Part shown: one piece after another, positions 39,901-54,900 of the stretch | How the letters are laid out: each line of letters starts with the position of its first letter | Position numbering within the stretch: position 1 is the first letter of the stretch | Source: a virus | Direction: 5' to 3' (one strand) | IMG/VR virus record: IMGVR_UViG_3300020470_001313 | Coordinates: 64,001 to 128,000 of that record | Length of the DNA: 64,000 nt | The notes under the pieces: generated by a model | What the model saw: the letters and a program-made list of their open reading frames with translations, nothing else | Told to the model about the DNA's origin: nothing | Database searches by the model: none | Program-made: the position numbers and the translations under genes

Positions 39901-42900
39901 ATATGATGCAGTATTAACTGTAGAAGTATCAATTGTATTTCTTGGATAGGTGTGAGTTGTTACACCATCTGGTTCTTGTGCAGTAGCATCTTGCTGACAC
40001 TTGAATGATAATGAGTTAGCAGCAATCTTAATACCTTGTCCTTTCTTAATTCCGTGGTTATGACCAACAGTAAGAACCATCTCACCTGTATTTGGTGTAT
40101 AGACTGCATTAGTTACATCATGGTTAACTATAGGTGTCTGACCAACAGGAACTGTAATTGTATTAGCATCTACAACAGTTACATCTAACCACTTGTTAGC
40201 AACTGGATCTGTTGAACGAGGATATGAATGAACAGTTTCATGATGATCCATGTCACATGTAAACTGAAGTGCATCCTCAGCAATCTTAATTCTACCAGTG
40301 GACTCAAGACCATGACCATTAATAGTCATCTGAAGAGTACCATTACCAGGATTGTAAGTTGCAGCACTAGGTGTTAATCCTACAGCAGGAACAAACTTGT
40401 GAGCAAACTGATTACCAGAAGATCCTACATTTACATTAATAGTAATAGTAGTTGCAGTAACTCCCTTAATATTCAATGCTGCATTATAAGCAGGATCAGT
40501 TGTTCTTGGATACTTATGAGTAGTAGCATAACCATCATTAGAACAAGTGAATACTAAAGATTCTTTTGCTAGTTTAATAGCAGTTCCAACCTTAAGATCG
40601 TGGTTACCAATCTCAAGTACCAAATCACCAGTTAGATGATCATAATCTGCATGAGCAACATGGAAGTCCTTAAGAGGTGACTTACCAACATTAACTTTGA
40701 ATACTGTAGTACTGTCAACATCAACATCTAACCACTCACCGAAGGTAGGATCACTCTTACGTGGATAGGTCTTATTACCAGAACCCATTGCACAACTGAA
40801 TGTAAATGCACCTTCTTCAAATCTTACACGAGCACCATTAGCAAGACCATGAACAGCAGTTGTAGTAACTGACAATTCACCAGTTGCAGGATCATATGTT
40901 GTACCAGAAGCACCAGTTAGATTAGTTGGTCCACTCCAACCATGATTCTGTATATCAAGAGTTAGAACACCTGTTTCAGGATTGTATCTAGTACCAGCAG
41001 TACCGATACCAACATTCATTGTAATATCGTTTCCAGACTTAGTAATTGGAATTACTCTACTCCAAGTAGCATCTGCTGTACCAGTTCCTAATGTAGTAAA
41101 GATTGGGTCAGTTGCTCTTGGATAAGCATGGTTTGTAGCATTATTGTCAAGGTCACAAGTCATTGTTAGTGAACTGACCTTCATTTGAACTTCATCACTA
41201 GCAGCAAGTGAATCTGTACCATCAGCACCAACAGTAAGAACTAAGTTACCAGTTTCAGCAGTATAAACTGCACCAGTTACAGTGTAAGTATTACCAGTAG
41301 CACTAGCATCTCTAATACCACCACTAAGAGCAGATACAAATGCATGGTTACCAGCAACTACTGTATGCTGAGTTTGACCAACAGCAGTAATAGGAATGGT
41401 AGTATTATGAACTGGATCAGTTGCACGAGGATAAGTCTTGTTAGTATTCTGACTATCCATGTTACACTGGAATGTCAAAGAATCAGTATCAATCTTAATA
41501 CCATTACCAACATTCATGTTGTGCTTACCAATATTAAGCACTAAGTTACCATCAGCAGGAGTATAGGTAGCAGCAGATACATCATGTCCAACTTCAGGAG
41601 AAGAACCAACATTAAATGTAATATTACCATCTTGTCCTAAGAGTCCATGTGGAGCATGGGACTTGAATACATGATTATAAGCACCACCATTGTAAACAAC
41701 TGCTCTTGTTAAACAATTGAATACAGCAGAAACGAATGTATGAACTGTATTATTAGAAGTAGGACCAACATTAATAGCAAATGTATCTGTAGTGACCTTA
41801 CCAATCTTCATCCACTTACCGCTAAATGGATCAGTCTCTCTTGGATAAGAATGCTGTGTCTTATTATCGTCAGTAGCACATGTGAATACTAAACCAGCAT
41901 CAGCAACCTTAATATATTCACCACTTGCAAATGTATGATCAGCAAGAGTTAGAGTCATCCAACCTGTAGCAGGATCATAATCAGCATCAGTTGGAGTATA
42001 CTGGTTGTTAGCATTAACAAATTGATGAGTACTTGTATTGGTTGGAGTAGTACCCTGTAATGCATTAACCTGAATAGTACCACTCTGATACTGAATACCG
42101 TTAGCAACAGCACTGTCAAATGAGTGAGTTGTAGTGTTAGAAGAAACTCCTACATTACACTTAAAGGTATCAGCATCTACTACCGTTACTGTAATCCACT
42201 TACCACTTATAGGGTCAGTAGATCTTGGATATGCATGAGTACCACCACCAGCAAGACATGTGAATACTATTGAACTGTCTACTATTTTAATTCTTTGACC
42301 AGAAACAAATCCATGAGCAGCAGATGTAATTGTTAATAAACCTGTAGTAGGTTCGTAAGTTGCACCAGTTGCTGTCTTAGAATTAGTTCCAATATCAGTA
42401 ATCTTAAGGAACTTATTATATGCAGGATCAGTTGTTCTTGGATATGACTTATTAGTGATGTAATTATCACTATTATGGTTACAAACAAAGTTTAGAGAAT
42501 TGTTTGCAATCTTAACATACTCACCAACAGAGAAGTCATGATCTCCAATAGTAAGTTCTAGAACTCCAGATGCAGGTGTATAAGATGCACCACTAACACT
42601 GAATCCTTCAACATTTTCACCAGTACCAGTTTCAATACAGTTATTATCAGCACGAACAAATGTATGTGCAGATGTGTTAGAGGATACTCCAACATTAACA
42701 GTAATCTTACTATCTCTTCTTATAATACCATTTGTAGCAACAGCAGTACAGTTATGATTTGAGGTATCTGAAGACTTACCTATCTGAACATCAAAACTAT
42801 TTGTAGCAACAGCATTAATACGTAACCACTGACCACTAGCAGGATCAGTTGGACGTGGATATAGATGATTACTACCGTAACTATCAGTATTACACTGGAA

Positions 42901-45900
42901 GGTTAAGGACTCATCAACAATCTTAACGTATTCACCGACAGTGAAATTATGACCTGTTTGACCAATTGTTAGGACACCTGTTGTAGGTTCATAGTCGGTA
43001 TCTGACTGAGCAGCAGTATATGGTGTACCTTCATACTTAATAGGAATTGAAGTATCATATACTTTGTCACGTTTCTGTTTAATACCATTAGCAGTACCAG
43101 AAACGAATGTATGAGTGTAGTTACCACCAGTCTCTACAGCACCAGCAGAAGCAGAAACGAATCTATGCTCTGTCTGATCTGTTGAAGGAGCAGATGGAAG
43201 AACCTGCATACTAATGGTCATGTCCTTACCAGTGACACATCCAGCAGTACAAGATACAAATGTATGAGCAGTTGTGTTAGTAGAAGGAACAGCAGGTAGA
43301 ATCTGAACAGTTACAGTATCAGGTGTTCTATTAAATACACTTAACCACTTACCACTTGCTTCATCAGTTGCTCTTGGATAAGAATGAACTGTGTCATGGT
43401 TATCATGATCACATGTAAAGCTAAGAGCATTGTTTGCAATCTTGATCTTATCACCATTCTGTATAGGATGATCCTTAATAGTTAAGGTCATATGACCTGT
43501 AGTAGGATTATAATCAGCAAATGTAGGTGTTAAAACAGCATCGCCAACAGCAGTGATAGCAATGGAAGTGTTGTATGTAACACTGTCATTACCATTACTT
43601 CTAGGATAAGTCTTAGTTGTTGAGTGATTATCGTTGTTATAATCACAAGTAAAGGTTAATGAATCTTGAGCAAGTTTAATTGCATCACCAACAACCATTC
43701 CATGAGTACCAATGGTAAGTTCCATGATACCTGTAGTTGGGTTGTAAGAAGCATCAGTTGGTGTATAATTTACAGCAGGAGACTTACCTACATTAACAGT
43801 AAATCTTGTAGTACTAGGAATACTCTCAACTTGTAACCACTTATCATATGTTGGGTCAGTCTGACGTGGATATGCCTTATTAGAACTACCACCATCCATT
43901 GTGCAATTAAATGTGATTGCACCTTCATCAAACTTGATCCAATCACCTACTTGCATACCATGTGTAGCAGCAGTAGTAACATCTAAAACACCAGTTAAAG
44001 GAGCATAGGTTGAACCAGATGCTGCCTGATGAGTGTCAATAGCTGTACGAGGATAAGTATGCTCAGTAGCATTACTATCTAAAGCACAAGTCCAAACTAA
44101 TGAATTAGGTTGAATCTTAATTGTCTGACCCGCAGCAAGACTATGTGTACCAATATCAAGTACCATATCTCCTGTAGTAGGATCATATGTACCATCAGTA
44201 GGAGTGAATGTGTAAGATAGACTCTTACCTACATTAACTTCAAAACTGTCTGGATTTGAATTAGAAATCTTTAACCAACGACCATTCCAAGGATCAGTTG
44301 TTCTTGGATAATTATGATCAGTATGATGATCATCTTGATCACATGTGAATACTAATGACTTACCAAGAATCTGAACACTATTACCATCTACAAATTTATG
44401 TCCAGGAACCCATAACTGAAGTATTCCAGTCTCAGGATCATAAGTTGCATTATCTATAGTATGAGATGTAATACCAACTTCTTTAACTGGATTCTTACGT
44501 AAATATGCTTGATCTTCAAGACGAGGATATGTGTGCTCAGACTTATTACCGTCCATTGCACAAGTAAACTTCAATGAGTTAGCAGTAACACATGCACTAC
44601 CATTAGAACGAGTAGAGTTAACTATAAAGTTGTGTGATTTACCAATATCTACTGTAAGATCACCAGATACAGGTTCATAAGTTGCATCAGATGCCTTGAA
44701 TCCATTATATTGAAGAACTGGAGAGTTGTTAATTACTCTCTTGGTAATGTCTCTGGCTTCGTTAAAGACACGAATTGAGAAACTTTCCTTGCCTTTAAGG
44801 TGGTCAAGTTTAGCATTATTGACATATAACTTAGCAGCATCATATGTTTTATTGTTGTAACCATATGTTAGGTTGTAAGAAATATTTCTGATAATATCTT
44901 TTACGTCATCCTTACAATCTATAGGACCAGTTCCTGGAGGTGGTTCTGGTGAAATACGATCATATGCTTCAGCAGCAATGAAATCTAAGTTACTTTGGAT
45001 GACATTATAGAATTCCTTACCGTAAGTAATAGGTACTTCAGTATCAGGATGAGGAATGTGTAATTTAACAAACTCTTTGTCAGTCTGATAGATTGCTTCA
45101 TTAGCAATCAATTCAACGTTGTTTAATATCTCAGTTGAAGCATCAAAGAATCTGAAGGTAGTATCACCAGTTAAGAACTGATCACCTTCGTTCCATGTAG
45201 GTACTCCAGACCAATCTTGGAAAGTAGTAGATAGGTTAGCACCATCAAAGTGTACTAGGAGAAGAGTGTTAGCATCTCCTTGATGCATATACGTTGCAAC
45301 AGTAAAGTTAGTAGTATAACGCTTATTATTAGATACCCTTAATTCATCAACATATCCTTGGAACTGGTTGGCAGCAGCATGATCTGCACCAATCTTAATT
45401 GGTTTTGTAGTACCATAATCAGTAGCATTAGTCCAAGTAGAACCTACCTGAGTTCCATCTAAGAACATTCTATGATTGTTTCCGTCTCTAGAAACTGCTA
45501 CATGATGCCATGTATTTTGAGTTACAGTACCACCAGTAATTACGTCAGCACCACTAACATGGAATTCTAATCCAGTACCATCAAGTCTTATACAAGGTGA
45601 TGCTTCTGAAGCTTGAGTTCTAAAGTCAATTAAATGCTGAGTACCAGTAACACTAGCAGCATAGAACCAACACTCAACTGTCCATTCACCATTTCCAAAA
45701 CCAAATTCAGTTGAAGTTGGAACTGAAACATAAGCAGAACCATTCAAATATAGAGATGCACTACCAAATTTCTTTTGTAGAGTTGCATTAATAGCACCAC
45801 TTTGAGCAACAGGAACGTGTAAATCTGTACTACGACGTGCTACCTTACCAAGATAAAGATATTTACGTGCATAGTTAGTACCAATTACTTGAGCAGTACC

Positions 45901-48900
45901 ATTCTCACTACGGATAATATCACCAGATAGGATTAAACCATCTGGAGTAACTTTAGGTTCATCATATGCAAGTTTGTATAGACGAACTGTTTCTCCATCA
46001 ATTAAATCACCTGAGATATTAGAGTAGTTAACAATATGGTTACGAATATCTTCATCAACTGTAAATGTACCAGCAGCATTATTATATTCTAGAATTAGGT
46101 TACTTACAACCTCAGAATTAGGGAACTTACTGTTAAATTCTGCATTAACATCATTGATATCAGTTAGTTGTAACTGAGTCTGTGAAATATTATCAAGAAC
46201 AACGTTTTGGAAGTTAATATTAGTAATTCTGTTGAACACTAATCCTTGGAAAGTAGATCCTTCAGAAATAATAACTTGGTTGTTTGGTTCATTAGTTACT
46301 GGGTCTCTATATGCAGAAATACCAACAACTTCAGCAACAATAGCACTCTGCTGACCTATGATTATATCACCAATGACAATATCAAATAAACCAGCAGTAG
46401 ACTGATAAGTACCAGCAGTCTTACTTAATAATACTGTATCTCCAATCTCAATAGTTGTTCCAAAGACATTACTATCAGTTTGGTGACCTACAACAGTAGT
46501 TCCATCAACACCTCTGTTAGCAGTAACAGTGTTACCAATAATACTTGATACTTCAAATCTCTCAGAATCAATCTGATAAACTCCACCAGCATTAGCAACA
46601 ATAGTAACAGTAGCATCTTGGTTACCACCACCACTAATTGTGACTACATCTCCAAGAGAATATCCTGTGCCACGTTCCTTAATCTTAACAGAAGTTATAA
46701 CTCCACTACCATCTGCTTCAACTTCAACAGTCATTCCAGTACCAGATCCACCAGTTGTTGTTACACCATCAATATTATCAATATATCCAGTACCAGCAGT
46801 AGTTAAAGTTACCTTAGCAAGTGCATATCCAGAAGCAACATCAAATGTGTTACCAGATGCAGAAAGACCAGCAGGAACAGTAGTTAAAACCTGACCATTA
46901 TCACCTTCTAGGTTAACTCTTTCAATCTTAGCATTGTCCCCTCTAAGGTTCTCAATGTCTTCTTTAAATTGGAATAGGTTAGTATTTGTAAGTGTAGTAA
47001 TACTATCAACATTTGCAGTAAATCCTGTAGCACTAGAAGTGATTGCTTCACCTTCATATGTAAGAGTTGTAGAAGGATCATCAGTCTGGAAAGGTTGACC
47101 AGCAGTAGTCTTATAGTAGAAATCAACACTTGTTAAACCAGTAGCAACAACAATTGCCTCATAATCAGTTACAATACCTCTAATAGTACCACCGATAAGT
47201 GGGAAAATACCAGAAATAGTACTTAAATTCGCTCTATGGATAGTCTTAAACTCTAATGTAGCATTTGAATACTGAACATTAGCAGGAGGTTGAGGTGGTG
47301 ATGAGAATACAATATTAGATCCCTGAACAGTAAATGCATCTCCAGGAGACTGTACAATACCATTCAAACTAATTAAGAGTTGATTAGCAGATGCAATAAC
47401 AGGTTCTGTTACAACATTACCATCTTGGTTAATATTTTGAACAGTTAATGGGAATGAGATCTTCTCACCATCAAATTGATCTGAAATATCATTAATCTTC
47501 TGAACAGTAGAAGTTAGAATCTGCTCGGAAGAAGTCAAATTCTTCTGTCTGAAACGAACCTCAGTGTTATCAAATTCTGTATAAACTGGTTCAACTAAAG
47601 TAAAGTTCTGTAGATTTGGAACAATTGCAGATTCTGCTAAGTTAACTGACTTAGTAAGTTCAAATGCAGTCTCTTTATTCTCAATAGTTGATTTTTCAAC
47701 TAATCCCAATTCACCAAATACCTTAAATCCAGCAGGGTGAACGTTAGTAATAAGGATGTCTCTCCAGTCAGATATTGAAACAGGAGCCTTAACACTATAG
47801 GAGAAGTCCTGATAGAAGTAAGAGTCTTGAATCTTCTGAATAATTTCACTAGGTTTACCTACATCATCAACGAATCTACCTGGAGTTGTTGTTATAGCAC
47901 CAACTTCCAAAACACCCTTAGCAATACTAAAGTTGTCAATTGTACCAGATGCCTTAGAAATAGTACCAGTAACAATCTGATTCTTACTGAATGTACCAGT
48001 ATAATCAACAATCTTAAGGATTCTAGGTCCAATTTGCCAACCATCATTCTCTGAAACGTATCCAGTTGCAGTTGCAGTTTCTAATGAATCACCTTGATAT
48101 AGTAATTCTCCAGCAAGGAAACGACCAGTAACAACGTTTGCAGTAGCAGCACCACCGAATGAATCGGTTAAAACAACCTGTCTACCAGTACCAGCATTAG
48201 TATATGAGATATAATCACCAATTGCAGCATTATCTTTAGTAATTGCTAAACGTAATTGATCATTTTCTAATGAATTAGTAATACCAGAAATAGCATAATA
48301 TGTTGTATTAGCATTCAATCTACCGAAAGATGAGATTGGTAGTTCTGGATCATCTCCACTACCATCATCATTAGCAGTTAATGTTACAGCAGAACCATTT
48401 ACAATACCATGTGGGAACGAGAATTGTAGTAAATTAAGGTCAAGGTTAACAACATAGTTGAAGGATGACTTCAAAGTTACATCAGGTTGAGAGGAGTAAC
48501 CTGCACCTGGATCCTTAACTTCAATAGCATCAATACGTCCGTTCTTAATAGATGCCTCAGCAGTTGCACCAGTACCTCCACCACCAGCAATAATAACAGC
48601 AGGAGGTGTAGCATATCCAGAACCTGGGTCAGTAACGGTAATACTATCCAGTATGTTTGTACTAGTTAACTGAACGTTGACTGGGAATGTGATTTCAGGA
48701 CGTAATGTATAGTCATGAGTATAATCAAAACCGAAGTTGTTGTTCTTAAGTTTCTTAATCTTACCGATCTTATCTGCTTTAACAAATACAGATGCACCAG
48801 ATCCATTAGGAGGAATAACAACATCTAATTCTGCACCAGAACCAGTAAGTCCAGCACCTAAAATACCAGTGATAGACTCAATATCAATAGTTGCAGTAGT

Positions 48901-51900
48901 ATAATTCTTACCTGGATCAGTAACGATTACCTCAGAAATCTGTCCTGGAATGTTGTTACCATCCTCATCCTCACCATCAGCAACAGTAATATTAACTTTA
49001 CCACCTTCACCGTCACCAGCAATAGGTACTCCAGTGTATTCTCCTACAGCATATTCAGTACCTGGTTCAGTAATTGCAACTCTTTCAATCTTACGATTGG
49101 AAACAATATTTGAAATGACTGGTAACTTCTTGTAGAATCCACCACCATTTACTAGACGAATATCTCCAATTGGTCCAACTGCTTTCTCTGAGAATGTTGT
49201 ATATTTAACTAAACTTGCTTGAGCAGTACCTTCTGGTTCTGATGTTAATGGGAATTTAAAGATTGTATCACCAGTAGTAATAGTACCACCACTAGTAGAA
49301 TAAATTACAAAATTACCGTGATATGGAGTAGTTACAACGTCCATATAGGTACTATCATCAACTGGAGATGTATCACCAGTTCTTGATGGGTCAAAGTAAT
49401 ATGATATATTTGTTACATCATTATTAATAGAAATCTGAACATAAGGTTCTGGTTGGTTTCCAACCTGATAACCTGGAGTTCCAACACGAGTAATTGAGTT
49501 AAATGAATATTCTAACTTAAATAGATTATCCTTAGAGAAGGACATGAAATATCCCTGTAAGGATTCATCACCAAGCATAAACTTATACTTGTGCTGATAG
49601 TACATCTTAAGTACAGGATGCTTGGCATATATGTCTATTAACGAAGCAGCAACAGGTAAACCAACAGCAGTTCCTCTTAATCCAACAATAAATGATCTAG
49701 TACTTAAAACATTAGTAACATTGAATGATCCATTAAATTCATCAAGATCATTACCAGAAATTAACAGATTATCTCCAACTGAATGACGATGTGCTTCAGC
49801 AGTAGTGAAGTAAATCTTATCAGTGTTTGCAGCATCATCAAGAACTATAATCTTCTCAAGATTAGTAATTAGAGTAATCTGAGTTACAGCAGTTAATTGA
49901 TTAGGTGAAGCACCAATTGTTAACTCAGTCTTATCTGCATTCCAACTAACAGTATCAGAAGTTGGAGTAATAACACTTCCAACAATATATGGTGATCCAG
50001 CAGGTGCAGTAGCATCAATTCTTACAGTATAATCATTAATGTTATAATCTTTAAATCTAGCAGATAATCCACCAGGAATGTTGAATATGAATGTACCTTG
50101 TCCAGCAGTAGCATCAAAATCTTGGTTAGCAAAGGTTTGTGATGGAATTTCGTTAACTTCAGTTCCAGTAGATACAATTTCTCCAGTATCTTCCCAACCT
50201 ACCCAATCAGTAGCATTACCGTAACTTGCAACATATACACCAGTATCATCAGTCTCTACAATAGTAGCAGTTCCTATAACCTGTCCACCAGCATTCTTTT
50301 GTTGTAATTGAGATCCAACATTAAAGGTTGCAGGTTGATTGAATGTAAATTTAAGAATGTTATCTGCTTGTATAGCATCAACAGTCTGAATATAGAACTT
50401 ACCCCAAGTTTCTGGAGTTGCTTTAACTTTTCTACCACCAATAGCAGGTATAGTCGCAGTTCTAGTAGACCATACATCTGTAGTTGATGATATAGTTAAA
50501 GAATCAAGTACAAGAGTTGAGTTTACATCATTATAATCTAGAACCTGTAAACCTTCGCCAGCAAGTGTTAATGATCCTGAATTAATTACTTGATCAGTAA
50601 CATTACTGTAAGTATATGCAGCAGTATTGAATTGCCACTTAGTATTAGTTCCAGTAAAGTCTCCTTGACGAGATGTATCAACATTCTTATCAGTCTTAAG
50701 TATTAAACCACAATCAACAGCGTAAGTATATTTCTGAAGATAAGTGTTGAAATCAGCAGTTGTAGATGGAACAATAACCTGAATTACACGGTCAGTAATC
50801 TTAAATCCATCAACGTTAAATGATCCAGCAGTGGTAACAGCCACACCTGTTGCAGCACCAGTCCAGTTGGGTGAGTTACCCATGTAAATCTTAGCAGTAG
50901 TTGCAATATTACTGTTTCCTGGAAGAGTTCCTGTACCTACCTGAATTCCATTAGCATATAAGGTATAAACATTACCTGCTTTAGTTAATGCAACATGAAC
51001 ATAACCAACGTTGTTAATTAAAACATTATCAACACTAGAAATAGCACCAGCAGTTCTTTGAGTAGTAGCAGAAGCAAACATCTCAAGTCTCTTATTACTA
51101 CGGTTTAACATGACCGTAATACCTGGTTCATTACCATGTCCTACACCAAATAGGATATGATGAGTAGATCCAACAGCACCTAATCTAGTATCTTGTTGAT
51201 CATTAGTTTCATCAACTGAGTAGAATCCTTCTATTGTCCAGTCACCATTAATATCAAAGGAATCTCCAAATCCCCAAATACCTGTATTATTACCTGGTTC
51301 TAATTCTAGGTGGGTGTCTGACCATGCAGATCCATCCCAAGCATCAATCATTAAACCACCAGTACTACCCTTACCATTTGGAGCACCAGAAGTAATATTA
51401 GAACCTTTATAATAATCTCCAATGAGTTGTCTATTAGTAATGTTACCTGTTGTATCTACAGGTTCAGTTTCACTAGTTTGTTCAAAATTAAAGAGTCCAA
51501 TGACTTCATTACGGAATGCTTGTCCTACAACAACTGGATCACCAGAAGCATCTGAAATGAATGCGTTAATTTCAAATCCAGTGATATTTCTAGTAAACTT
51601 AATTACATTGGTAGAAATCAGTGTTCCATCATACTTAATCTTACTTACTTCACTTTGTTTACGATATGAATCATATTCAGCAGTAGATTCGTTAACTTCA
51701 TAGTTACATGCAACATTATACTGTCCAAATACGTCAATATTACCACCAATTGCTTTTAAGTTTCTCCAAGTGGTTCCTCCAGTAGGAGTCCAACGCTTAC
51801 CCCAAACAACATCATCATCAACAGTTACTTTAGTAACAATTATTGAATTTGAGTTAGATCCAGAGTATGCAGTACCAGAAACATAGAAATCTCCAAATTC

Positions 51901-54900
51901 ATCAATATCAAACCTAGGATCCCAAATATTATAACTGGTTGCAGTGAAGTTAGTAACTTTGTGTACAGCAAGTTGGAATTGCTGTGCTTCACAATGTGCA
52001 ATAGCAAATGTCTTTTGAGGACTGTTACTAGTAGGTGCAACTTCTAAAAGTGCATAGAATCTACCATTATCAGGATTATATTTGATATCTGTTACTTTTT
52101 CAGAAGAATCGGTACTAGCGATCTTTCTCTTTTGTTGAATAATGAGGTTTTCATTAAATACAATCAAGAAAGCATCATAAGGATTAGAAGTGTTAGTATT
52201 GGTATAACCACCTATACAGAACTTATTCTCACCAACCTTAGTGATTGCAGTTACTATGTCTGCACGAGTAGAACCTGAAATACCAGCAATTTCCTTTTGA
52301 TATTGAATTCCAACATTAGCACCACCTGAAGATTGATTGAACTTCATCAAAACAACATCAGGGTTGTAGTTAATATTAAGTGAATTTGGTTTTGTAGTAC
52401 CAGTTACGTATACATCTTGAGTGTCAGAAGTAATGTCAACATATATTGCAGAAAAATCACAATAAGTATCTTGACCACTTGGTTGTTCTGATCTAGCAGT
52501 CTTAGACCAAATTAAGTCTCCAGACTGAGAATACTTGGCAGCAAAACCTACTCTGTTGTTAAATTCATCTAATGTATTACCACAAACATAGTAATCTTTA
52601 GTACTATCATCTGTAAATATAGCATTAGAAACACTATTTTTTAAATTATTTGTATTATTGAGGAAATACTCTGCCTTCTTAAATGACTGAGGATGTGATA
52701 TTACTAATTTTGGAGCACTAGTAAACCCATTACCAGATCTAACAATATTAAATTCTGATACAGTACCATTACCAGTATCAATTATTGGAGTAATAGCAGC
52801 ATGTTGTCCTACACCATCAATTTCAACTGAAATAGGAACATCATCATTATATCCAGTACCTACTTGAGTTACATTGATTTTTTCAATACCATCAACTACT
52901 TTAACCTTATAAGTCTCTAATTCACTTGCTGAGTTTGGAGTATAATCAATAAGAACTCTATCAGTAGCAAGAAGATCATGAGGTTCAGCACATTCTACAA
53001 CACCATGAGGAACATCATCAATTAACTCATAACTATAAGAACTAACAGATTTACCTTCAATTGTTCTAACAACAGCAGATATACCATATCCTTCAGTATC
53101 AGTATTATCAAAGACTAAACGGTCATTAACCTGATAACTATCACCTGGATTCTCTACAACAAATGATGAAACCGCAGCATCTTCAAATTTAGTTGTTGTT
53201 TCAACTTCAATATCAACTTTAGAGTCAAATCTAACTTTAGGGAAGTAATCAAAGAGTTCTAACTTGTTTTCTTCAAGTAAAGATCCAACATCTGTAAGTT
53301 CTTCAGCAGTTGTTTCAGTATTAGTGATTTCATAGGTAGCGCGGAAACCGACATACTCAATGTCAGTAATATTTGCACTTTGTGAAGTTCCATTATTATC
53401 ATAAGTAAAATCTAAACCAATATATTGATCATAAGTGCCATCAAATGCCTTATGGAAATTTTCATTAGAAATTGCTCTTACTAAAGCAGTATTAACTCCA
53501 AGTCCGTTATGAAGAACTTGTACAGTAATTGCAGAAGTGCTAGGAGCAAATTGAGCATTATTGGTAACAAATGCAGGTACAACATACTGTTGACCTTCTG
53601 CCATTGCAATGGTAGACTGATCGTATGTTAACCTGAATACTCTATCATCTTGACGAGTTGCTAAACGATTTCCGTTTTGTTGGTAATTAGTATCAATTAC
53701 TTGGTCACCATCAGCATCTTCCCAAATTGGGTCAAATGTTAACTCTAAACCATCTTCTGTAGTTAAGAGATCAGCAGTTGCGTTAGGTGTACGTTCAACA
53801 TCAATGTCAACATTCTCATATGGGTCTCTATAACGAATAACACCAGTAGGAATATTTTGCTGTACAGCAGTTGCAGCAAGGTTCCATTTATCTACACTGG
53901 AGTTAAAACTAGGACCAATAATGTATGGGAATACTGGGTTACCATCTTCAGTAGCGTCAATAGTAATGAAATAACCATAAACACCTTCTGGGAACTCAGG
54001 AGTTTTACCAAAACGACCATTATAACGGTCTAAATCACCAACACCGAAGTTATAAGTATAATCTTCTACAAAAGTACCAGCAGGGAATGTATTAGTAGGT
54101 GGAGTTCCATAATATGAATCTGGAATACCATCATCATCACTATCAGTTAAAATTACAGTTTCTCTACCAAATGCATCAATTGGAGGTAATAATGGACCAC
54201 CAGTTCTAACTGGAATTGTATTAGTTACCTCATTATAAACTAATTCTGGTTTAAGACTATAACTAGGTTCTAGACGACGTACATTTGAAGATTGATCAGT
54301 AGGATCAGAATATCCATAAGGACCATAAATTGGGTTACCATCAAACGCCCATCCAAGGATAGGAGAGTGTGTAATATTAGAAGTTGCTTCAGTTAACTTA
54401 CCATTAGCATCTTCAATTAAATTATCACCAAGAACGTATCTAAGTCTCTTAGGATTGCTTAAGTGAGCATATTCACCACCATATTGGTTGTTTAAACCAG
54501 AGAAAACAGATCCTTGAGCATCATCAAGAACAGTAGTAGGAATATACCCACCTCTTGTCTCATTTCCAACTTGTAATGGTTTTTGCTCAGGACCAGCAAG
54601 GTTATAGTTCCAATCTTGAACAGAAGCAGTAAATTTAGCATCTTTACCAACTGAACTTAGAACAATAATTGTAGTTCCTGATTCGTAGTTAATACCACGG
54701 TTACTGATAGTAATACTTGTAACACGACCAGCATTTTCTCCATCAGTATCAATAATTGCTTTTGCAACAGCACCAAATCCAGTACCATAGATTTCTACAG
54801 TAGGAGGTGTTGTATATCCATTACCAGCGTTAATAACAGCAATTGAGATAATTCGTCCATTATTTACAATTGCTTGTGCCTGGGCACCTTCACCAGAGCT

